From Longimicrobiales bacterium (GTDB lineage Bacteria > Gemmatimonadota > Gemmatimonadetes > Longimicrobiales > Gaopeijiaceae), in NCBI GenBank assembly GCA_965218295.1, contig CBDCKN010000003.1, positions 480,001 through 544,000 of the forward strand: DNA of 64,000 nucleotides, given 5' to 3'. Both the position numbers and the translations under genes were made by a program. The stretch's first letter is position 1; each line of letters starts with the position of its first letter. Positions 56,564 through 64,000 of this stretch are shown piece after piece. The notes under the pieces were generated by a model. It was given only the letters and a program-made list of their open reading frames with translations, did not search any database and was not told the DNA's origin.

Positions 56564-59521
56564 ATGATTCCCAAGGAGTGCAAACGGCTGGCCGAGGTCG
56601 ACTTTCCGATTGCGGAAGTCTCGAAACACGCGGTGCGAGAAAAGTCGATTCGGCATGGCCATCCCTCGACACTGCACCTGTGGTGGGCGCGGCGACCCTT
56701 GGCGTCGTCGCGGGCGGTGTTGATGGCATTGCTGCTGCCGGACCCATGCGACGCACGCTGTCCCGAGGCGTTCAAGCGGGACGCGCGCCGGATTCTCTTG
56801 GGTATGCACGGACGACCGCAAGGTTGGATCTCGGAGATCGAGCGGGATGAGGGATTACGGCGGATTGTCCTGAAGTTCATTGCCGACTTCGCCAACTGGG
56901 ACCGTGCTTCCGACCGCACCTATCTAGATGTCGGCCATGCGCTCGTGAGGGCAGCACACGGCGAAGAACGTCCTCTGGTCGTGGACCCGTTTGCAGGTGG
57001 AGGCTCGATCCCGCTGGAGGCGCTACGTCTCGGCTGCGAGGCATTCGCCAGCGATCTCAACCCCGTGGCCTGCCTGATCCTGAAGGTGATGCTGGAGGAC
57101 ATTCCACGTAACGGGCCGGGACTGGCTGAGGAGCTGCGTAAAGTCGGTGGGGAGATCAAGCAGCAGGCTGAGCGGGAGCTAGCCGATCTGTATCCGGCTG
57201 ATCCGGACGGGGCGACACCCATTGCCTACCTCTGGACACGAACGGTGCGATGCGAAGCGCCGAACTGCGGCGCAGAGATTCCGCTCATGCGCTCCTTCTG
57301 GCTGTGCAAGAAGCCGAGGCGAAAGTGGGCGCTGCGACACCGGGTCGAGCGGGCACAAGGCGCGCTGCCGCGAGTCGAATTCGAAGTGTTCGAGCCAGAT
57401 GCAGGAAAGGACGTGCATGGAGGTACCGTGACGCGAGCCAGGGCGACCTGCCTTTGCTGCGGCGCGGTCCTAGCACCTGATCGGGTACGGCCACAACTAG
57501 CAGCCCAGCGGGGCGGGGCGGATGTCGCATTCGATGAACAGGGCCGCCGAACAGGCGGTGCGCGCATGACGGCGGTGGTGACGCTTAAGCCCGGCGAAAG
57601 GGGGCGACATTACCGGTTGCCTACGGATGCGGACTACGCGGCGGTGTATAAGGCACAAGAGCGAATCGCCGGGATGCTAGACGAGTGGGAACGCGGTGGG
57701 AAGCAAGGGCTATGCCCGGTGCCGGATGAGAGGATCGAACTGACGGAGATCCGGCGTATCAGCGTGCCAATCTACGGCATGCTGCAGTGGGGCGATCTGT
57801 TCACGGCGCGGCAGAAGGTGGCGTTGGTGGAGTTGGGGCAGCTTACCGTTTCGGCTGGCTCGGTGAGACAGTTTCTGGCGCTAGCTTTGACCAGGGCAGC
57901 CAATGCCGGCTGTTCGCTCTGTAGATGGCATACAACGGGAGAGAAGCACGAGGGTGTCTTTTCTCGTCAAGCGCTTCCAATGGTCTGGGACTTTAGCGAA
58001 GGGAACCCGTTCTCAGGATCGACCGGCGGCTATGACGGCGCTCTGGACTGGATTGCCAACGTAGTAAGTGCTTGGCCAGGATCTATCGCTGGCCAAGTTC
58101 AAGCCGCCGACGCCACCGACCATCCCTTACCTGACCAAACCGCCAGCGTCTGGTTCACCGATCCGCCCTACTACGATGCGGTTCCCTACGCGCACCTGGC
58201 GGATTTTTTCTATGTTTGGCTCAAGCGAGTACTGCCCGATCATCCGTTACTAAGGTCTGTTGATCCTGACAGCCGCACGACGCCCAAAGAGCGAGAGATT
58301 GTGGTAGACCGGCCTCATCGACTAAGCAGTTCCAAGAAAGACGCGACGTTCTACGAAAAAGAAATGGCCGCCGCCTTCGCCGAAGGCCGCCGGGTGCTGC
58401 GCCAGGACGGCGTAGGCTCTGTCGTCTTCGCCCACAAGACGACAGAAGGCTGGGAGGCACTGCTTTCTGGCATGATCCGGGGCGGTTGGACCATCACCGG
58501 CTCCTGGCCCGTCGCGACGGAAATGGGTTCGCGCCTCAACGCACGGGAGACGGCGTCGCTTGCCACCAGCGTCCACCTCGTCTGCCGTCCACGACCCGTG
58601 GAAGCGCCTGTCGGCGACTGGGCGGATGTCCTGCGCGAACTGCCCGCACGCGTGGCCGATTGGATGGAGCATCTGCAAGGCGAGGGCATACGAGGCGCAG
58701 ATCTAGTCTTCGCTTGCATCGGGCCCGCACTCGAGATCTTCAGCCGCTACCGTGCGGTCGAGACCGCGGAGGGCCGGAACGTAGGCTTGCCCGAGTACTT
58801 GGAGAAGGTCTGGGAGGTCGTCGGCCGCGCGGCGCTTCAGCAGGTGCTCGGCACATCAGAAGCGCGAGCGCACAACGGCCTCGCGGGTACGTTGGAAGAA
58901 GACGCACGCCTTACCGCGCTCTTCCTCTGGACACTGCAGAGCACGGACACCTCCGAAGAGAACGGCAAGAAAGACCAGGACGAGGAAGTCGTGGCCAACT
59001 TAGCGGCCAAGGGATTCAGCCTGCCCTTCGACGTCGTGCGCCGCTTCGCCCAACCGATGGGCATCGACCTCGATGTCTGGACCGGACGCATTGTCGGGCA
59101 GGAAGGGGGTGTGGTGCGCCTGCTGCCAGTGACCGAGCGGGCGGAGAGGCTATTCGGCGAAGACGGTGCGCGGGCCGCCGCCGACTGGATCGAGAGCGAC
59201 CCGGGTGCTGACGTACAGGCGACACTTTTCCCCGACTTCGAGCCCACGCCAAGGCCGAGGCACCGTCGTCCAGGAAGGCAGAACATCCTCGGCAGCGATG
59301 CGGAACTTCAGACGATAGACGCTACGACGCTGGATCGTGTGCACGCGGCCATGCTGCTTCAAGCCAGCGGCCACGCCAATGCGCTACGGAAGCTGCTCGG
59401 CGCCGAACAGGATCGCGGTCCCGAGTTTCTGCGGCTTGCTAACGCTCTGTCCTCCCTGTACCCGCGTGGCAGCCGGGAAAAGCGGCTGCTCGATGCCATG
59501 CTATTGGCGGTACCACGGTGA
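56564..59521 (+). CDS. DUF1156 amino-DNA methyltransferase with a Zn finger
   Basis: LHLWWARRPL, DPFAGGGSIPLEA (motif I), C...NC and CLCC, and TDPPYYD (motif IV). Confidence 0.92.
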   Translation: MIPKECKRLAEVDFPIAEVSKHAVREKSIRHGHPSTLHLWWARRPLASSRAVLMALLLPDPCDARCPEAFKRDARRILLGMHGRPQGWISEIERDEGLRRIVLKFIADFANWDRASDRTYLDVGHALVRAAHGEERPLVVDPFAGGGSIPLEALRLGCEAFASDLNPVACLILKVMLEDIPRNGPGLAEELRKVGGEIKQQAERELADLYPADPDGATPIAYLWTRTVRCEAPNCGAEIPLMRSFWLCKKPRRKWALRHRVERAQGALPRVEFEVFEPDAGKDVHGGTVTRARATCLCCGAVLAPDRVRPQLAAQRGGADVAFDEQGRRTGGARMTAVVTLKPGERGRHYRLPTDADYAAVYKAQERIAGMLDEWERGGKQGLCPVPDERIELTEIRRISVPIYGMLQWGDLFTARQKVALVELGQLTVSAGSVRQFLALALTRAANAGCSLCRWHTTGEKHEGVFSRQALPMVWDFSEGNPFSGSTGGYDGALDWIANVVSAWPGSIAGQVQAADATDHPLPDQTASVWFTDPPYYDAVPYAHLADFFYVWLKRVLPDHPLLRSVDPDSRTTPKEREIVVDRPHRLSSSKKDATFYEKEMAAAFAEGRRVLRQDGVGSVVFAHKTTEGWEALLSGMIRGGWTITGSWPVATEMGSRLNARETASLATSVHLVCRPRPVEAPVGDWADVLRELPARVADWMEHLQGEGIRGADLVFACIGPALEIFSRYRAVETAEGRNVGLPEYLEKVWEVVGRAALQQVLGTSEARAHNGLAGTLEEDARLTALFLWTLQSTDTSEENGKKDQDEEVVANLAAKGFSLPFDVVRRFAQPMGIDLDVWTGRIVGQEGGVVRLLPVTERAERLFGEDGARAAADWIESDPGADVQATLFPDFEPTPRPRHRRPGRQNILGSDAELQTIDATTLDRVHAAMLLQASGHANALRKLLGAEQDRGPEFLRLANALSSLYPRGSREKRLLDAMLLAVPR

Positions 59522-59525
59522 CGGC

Positions 59526-60491
59526 ATGGCAACCGAAGTAAACGAGCGCACTATATGGCAGGTTTCCGCTGGTCCGACCAACCGGTCCTACGCCGACCAA
59601 TTCTTGATTCACGGTGTCGCGCTGATCGGTCCCGGGGATACGGGGCCGTGGCGACCTGAACGGTCTGACGAGGAATTCGAAGGTGGGTTCGTTCGGCGTT
59701 TCGCCGCCGAGCTTCGTGTCGGGGACGTACTGCTGCTTCGGACGGGTCTGTCGACCATTCGTGCGGTTGGCCTGGTTGCATCGGACTACCAGTACCTACC
59801 GCAATTCGACGATGTAAATGGGTGGGACCTACAGCACGCCCGGCGCGTGCGCTGGTGTGCACTTCCGGAACCGTACGATCTCGGCAACCGGGTGTTCGGC
59901 GCCAACCCGCCCCGGCTCTCACGTATTCAGGCAGAGGAGATCGTTAGGTACGCGAGTCAGGTTGTTCAGTCACCACCCACGGATTGGCAAGCGCGCGCCT
60001 TGCCGAGCCTACCGGTGGAGGAACCGACACTCGGGACACCACCGCCTGAATTGGAGGAGCTAGTCGCTCAGGTACATGACCTATTGCCACTCTATTGGGA
60101 CACGGTGACGTTCGGCGAGCGACCCATGGAGGACGAGTTGGTCGTGCACTACGTCGTTCCTTTCCTGCGCGCGCTGGGATGGCCCGTCGAGAAGATTGCG
60201 GTGCAGTGGCGCCATGTCGACGTCACCTTGTTCACCAGGCTGCCCAGAGTCCCGGAGCATTGCCACTACCTGATTGAGGCCAAACGGCTGGGTGCGGGTG
60301 TTGAAGGCGCGCTCGGTCAGGCGATCGGATACGTCTCCGCCCTCGGCATCCAATGCGACGTCGTCGTTACGGACGGCATCCGCTACCGCATGTACGAAGC
60401 GGCCAAGGATTTCGCGCCCGTCGCATACGCGAATCTCGCGCGCCTCAAGCGGTCGTCTCTAGAGCTGTTCAACCGTATGCGAAGGCCGTAA
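59526..60491 (+). CDS. Putative endonuclease with a PUA/EVE-like N-terminal domain and an HsdR_N-type PD-(D/E)XK domain
   Basis: N-terminal W...G...GD.LL......RAVG.V.SDY.......RRVRW. C-terminal E......PFL.ALGW, VD..LF, IEAK, QAIGY and TDG..Y. Confidence 0.75.
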   Translation: MATEVNERTIWQVSAGPTNRSYADQFLIHGVALIGPGDTGPWRPERSDEEFEGGFVRRFAAELRVGDVLLLRTGLSTIRAVGLVASDYQYLPQFDDVNGWDLQHARRVRWCALPEPYDLGNRVFGANPPRLSRIQAEEIVRYASQVVQSPPTDWQARALPSLPVEEPTLGTPPPELEELVAQVHDLLPLYWDTVTFGERPMEDELVVHYVVPFLRALGWPVEKIAVQWRHVDVTLFTRLPRVPEHCHYLIEAKRLGAGVEGALGQAIGYVSALGIQCDVVVTDGIRYRMYEAAKDFAPVAYANLARLKRSSLELFNRMRRP

Positions 60492-60504
60492 CCGGAGGAG
60501 AATC

Positions 60505-63267
60505 GTGGACCCGTGGTACAAAATCGTGACCCTCCGTCAGGAAGTCCGGGAAGGCCGCTCGTTCAGTCCGGACGAGTTCGCCATCGCCCTCGAGCAGGTG
60601 GTCGCACAGACGGCTCCAGAGGATTACCGTGACCCGGCGCAGTTCTTCTCGCGGACCTGCTTCACCCGGGCGTTGGAAGAGCATGCCGGGATGGTGCTCC
60701 GGCGACTCTCGGGCAAGACCGAGAACACGGCGCCGGTCCTTACGCTGATCACGCAGTTCGGCGGTGGCAAGACGCACACACTCACCTCGCTCTACCATCT
60801 GGCCAACGCCGGCGCGGAGGCCTCTGAACTCCCCGGCGTGGCCGATCTTCTTAACGAGGCTGGGATAGTGGAAGCGCCTTCCGCGCGCGTCGGCGTATTC
60901 GTAGGCAATGCCTGGGATCCGGCGGAGGGACGGGAGACGCCCTGGATCGATCTGGCTCGCCAACTGGCTGGCGAAGAGGGCGTCGCTGCGCTTGGTGCCG
61001 CCGCCCGGACCACACCACCGGGAACCGAGTCACTGGCGAGAGTATTTGCTGCCGCCGACGCGCCGGTCCTGTTGCTGTTCGACGAGGTACTGAACTTCGT
61101 CAACCGCCACCGAGGCATGGCCGAGAGCTTTCACGCCTTCATTCAGAACCTGACCGTCGCCGTCACAGGCACCAGGCACGCTGCAGCCGTCATCAGCTTG
61201 CCTCGCAGCCAGGTCGAAATGACCGATTGGGACCAGCAGTGGCAGGACCGGATCAAGAAGGTGGTCGGGCGCGTCGCCCGCGACTTGATCGCCAATGACG
61301 AATCCGAGATCAGCGAGGTCGTGCGTCGCCGGCTGTTTCAAGACCTCGGTGCTGTGCGCGTTCGCAAGAAGGTCGCCAAGGCCTATGCGGACTGGTGCTT
61401 CGAGCGTACAGCCCGCCTTCCCCCGGAGTGGCTGGCGGTCGACACGGCGACGACAGAGACCAAGGCAAGGGAGTTTCTGAGGGGCCGGTTTGAGGCGTGC
61501 TACCCGTTCCATCCAGCGACCCTGTCCGTCTTTCAACGGAAGTGGCGCGCACTCGCCCAGTTCCAGCAGACTCGCGGCGCACTGGCCATGCTTGCGCAGT
61601 GGATCTCTTGGGCCAATCGCGAGCACTTCGGAAAGGCACGCAAGGAGTCGCTCATCACGCTCGGATCGGCGCCATTGGACGTGCCGGAGTTCCGCGCCGT
61701 GGTTTTGGGCCAATTGGGCGAGGCTCGGCTCGACGTGGCCATCGACTCCGACCTGGCCGGTCCGATGGCGCATGCAAAAGCCCTGGATGTGGACGCTCAG
61801 GGTGTTCTGCGCGACATCCACCGCCGCGTGGGCACAACCATCCTATTCGAGTCATCCGGCGGACAGGTGGACAAGGTGGCTCATTTGCCCGAACTGCGCT
61901 TCGCGCTTGGTGAGCCAGAGGTCGATACCACCACCATCGACAACGCTGCGGCCGCCCTGGAGACATCCGGGTTCTTCATTCGCAAGGTCGGGACGGACGG
62001 CTACCGCATCCATCACCAGGCGACATTGAAGAAGGTCGTCAGCGACAGGCGTGCTTCGCTGGACGAAGAAACGGAGATCAGGCCGGCAGTCCGCAAGCTC
62101 GTCGAAAACGAGTTCAGGCGTGGTGCAACCCTGCCCGTCGTCGTCTTCCCGGAGGACAGTGCCGCAGTCCAGGACTCGCCGCGCCTCGCGTTGATCGTCG
62201 TCGACCCGGAGACGGAATGGAAGGACAGTGACCAGGTAGTCGAGCGGATCGGCGAATGGACGAAGGAACGGGGCAAGTCACCGCGGCTCTACCCTGGCTC
62301 GTTGGTCTGGTGCGCCAGGAAACCAGGACGTGAACTTCGCGAGAAGGTTGAGTTGTGGCTTGCTTGGCAGCGTGTGGCGCGCGAGGTGGCGGAGGGTGTC
62401 CTAGGTGCCGAGTTCGACCGTGCTGACCGTGTCGAAGTCCAGGTCAAGGCCAGCGAAGCGGAGGAAGCCTCCAAGGACGAAGTGTGGGCCAGCTATCGCT
62501 TCGTGGCACTGTCCGATTCAGAGGCGCAGTACGGTCTCAAACGCATCGACCTCGGCGCCGGCCACGCTAGCGCGACCGAAACGCTCTGCGGCCGTGTCAT
62601 CGGAGCGTTGAAATCCGAGGCCCTGCTGAACGAGAGCGTAGGCGCCGGTTACATTGACCGTCACTGGCCGCCCACGTTCCAGAGCACCGGGGCATGGCCG
62701 CTCACGAGCTTGCGACAGAGCTTCCTCGACGGCTCGCTAACACGGTTGATCGACCCCGATGCGATCCTCCGTAGGCAGATCACAGCGTTCGTGGAGAACG
62801 GAGACTTCGGCTTGGCATCCGGTGCCGAGAACGATGGCACCTACAGTCGGCTGTGGTATGACGAGCTGATCCGCCAAGAAGAGGTCGCCTTTGAATCGGG
62901 TGTCTTCCTGTTGACTAAGGCCAGAGCCGAAGAACTCAAGACCATGCCTGCAGGGGATGAGCACCCACAACCCGGACCCCCACCAGGCCCGGGCCCGGAA
63001 CCCGAGCCTGAACCGGGACCTGATCCAGAGCCAACTCCGGTTGCTGAGAAGACAATCCTTCGCCTTGCCGGTACCGTGCCCCCCGAACTCTGGAACCGGC
63101 TCGGAACTAAAGTCCTGCCTAAGCTCCGGTCGGGAGACGACCTCAGGGTAGGCATCGAGTTCTCCGTGAGTGTCAGCTCGCAGTTTGTTGGGAACATGGA
63201 GACCGAGCTGCAACAGGTGTTGGACGAGCTCGGGCTGAGCAACACGATCCGCGTTCAAAGGTTGTAG
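60505..63267 (+). CDS. DUF499 AAA+ ATPase
   Basis: EFAI.L..V, Y.DP..FF..T, TQFGGGKTH, LLFDE, VVRRRLF, YPFHP and FQQTRG.L. Confidence 0.92.
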   Translation: MDPWYKIVTLRQEVREGRSFSPDEFAIALEQVVAQTAPEDYRDPAQFFSRTCFTRALEEHAGMVLRRLSGKTENTAPVLTLITQFGGGKTHTLTSLYHLANAGAEASELPGVADLLNEAGIVEAPSARVGVFVGNAWDPAEGRETPWIDLARQLAGEEGVAALGAAARTTPPGTESLARVFAAADAPVLLLFDEVLNFVNRHRGMAESFHAFIQNLTVAVTGTRHAAAVISLPRSQVEMTDWDQQWQDRIKKVVGRVARDLIANDESEISEVVRRRLFQDLGAVRVRKKVAKAYADWCFERTARLPPEWLAVDTATTETKAREFLRGRFEACYPFHPATLSVFQRKWRALAQFQQTRGALAMLAQWISWANREHFGKARKESLITLGSAPLDVPEFRAVVLGQLGEARLDVAIDSDLAGPMAHAKALDVDAQGVLRDIHRRVGTTILFESSGGQVDKVAHLPELRFALGEPEVDTTTIDNAAAALETSGFFIRKVGTDGYRIHHQATLKKVVSDRRASLDEETEIRPAVRKLVENEFRRGATLPVVVFPEDSAAVQDSPRLALIVVDPETEWKDSDQVVERIGEWTKERGKSPRLYPGSLVWCARKPGRELREKVELWLAWQRVAREVAEGVLGAEFDRADRVEVQVKASEAEEASKDEVWASYRFVALSDSEAQYGLKRIDLGAGHASATETLCGRVIGALKSEALLNESVGAGYIDRHWPPTFQSTGAWPLTSLRQSFLDGSLTRLIDPDAILRRQITAFVENGDFGLASGAENDGTYSRLWYDELIRQEEVAFESGVFLLTKARAEELKTMPAGDEHPQPGPPPGPGPEPEPEPGPDPEPTPVAEKTILRLAGTVPPELWNRLGTKVLPKLRSGDDLRVGIEFSVSVSSQFVGNMETELQQVLDELGLSNTIRVQRL

Positions 63268-63292
63268 TGACGAGGAGCTTACGAAGGGCGCT

Positions 63293-63425
63293 TGAACCGG
63301 TCCCGATTTACTGGACAAGAGCGCGGCTTAATCATGCCGCCTTACGGGTGAGCTCCTCGCGGACCTGGAACGGAGTCCGGTATCCATGGCGCCCTAGGAG
63401 CCACCCGCAGTTGTAGCTATCGATA
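63293..63425 (-). mobile_element. Right-end remnant of an IS3/IS481-like element
   Basis: Minus-strand YNCGWLLGRHGYRTPFQVREELTRKAA* (stop 63332-34), followed by an IR-like end TGTCCAGTAAATCGGGACCGGTTCA. Confidence 0.7.
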
Positions 63426-63830
63426 CGCGCAAGCGACCGGAACGCCGAATTGATCGCTGAGAGCCTGTAGCCCCTTGTTTAGCAATGGAAGCGTCGGATC
63501 CGGCCCGGCGGGGACGTGATCAAACGGCGGCGCGGTCGAATTGTCGTTGAGCTGGTGAGAAAGACCTAGACCCGCGGAGCTAGGCGATCCCGCAACTACG
63601 GAATTCGAGGTCCTGCACGAACGAACCAGCGTAAGGAAGACCCGGCGTGTCGGCTTGTCGCGAGCGAGGCCGGCCGCAGGTTTCGCGCGCTCCTACGGGA
63701 GCGGTTCAACAACCCGTTGGCAGAACCCGGTCCGGCTCTAGTACGGGGGTGGACCTCCTGGCATATCCTCCCGCTTACGATGGTTGACACCGCGCAAAGC
63801 AGTCTCCTCAATGCTACTGGTAGGGAGACT

Positions 63831-64000
63831 ATGAAGATGATCGAGCAGATGCGGATGACCGCGTTCGAAGACCGGGACCAGCTGCGGAAAATGGCTCCTC
63901 CTCAAGCTTCCTTCGTTCTACCCGATCGGTGGGAGGTCGTGGCAATCGCCCGTGCCCCACGGGAGCTAGAGCGAGGCCGGGCGATCCTCGGAGGCTGGGC
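63831..64000 (+). CDS. Hypothetical protein, 3'-partial
   Basis: GGGAG RBS and an ATG frame open to the window end. Confidence 0.4.
   Translation, partial: MKMIEQMRMTAFEDRDQLRKMAPPQASFVLPDRWEVVAIARAPRELERGRAILGGW

Noticed and set aside
62960..63040. Repetitive ccgg-rich tract in the DUF499 gene
   Set aside because: It encodes an ordinary Pro-Glu/Pro-Gly linker.
63430..63830. Possible IS end (ttcaacaacccgttgg) and a TTGACA promoter
   Set aside because: No partner repeat was found, and there is no good -10 box at the right spacing.

Overview
A GC-rich bacterial window, probably Gemmatimonadota-like (inferred from gene style, not tested). From left to right it holds: (1) a HisA-HisI-HisE fusion, hisD, a DmpA/P1 peptidase and a Na+:solute symporter; (2) a bacteriocin/RiPP-like locus (5.2-10.8 kb) with two small double-glycine-type precursors, an ABC permease and ATPase, a C39-peptidase ABC exporter and a Yip1-like membrane protein; (3) a ~20-kb translationally coupled pfaD-pfaA-pfaBC-oleABCD cluster for PUFA-derived long-chain olefins, ending in a broken PPTase; (4) metabolic genes, including a hidden UxxC peroxiredoxin-like selenoprotein with a SECIS-like hairpin; (5) a zone of decayed genes with deletions and an inversion; (6) a mobile-element region with a tyrosine integrase cut off from its RBS by an intact IS1595 (8-bp target duplication, C2H2 zinc-finger cargo gene), att-like arms, a structured RNA-like element and a P4-type integrase remnant; (7) an SNF2/DUF3883-DUF1156-nuclease-DUF499 restriction-like defence operon. 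Several frameshifts fall in homopolymer runs and may be sequencing errors. All domain calls come from reading motifs by eye; no database searches were run.
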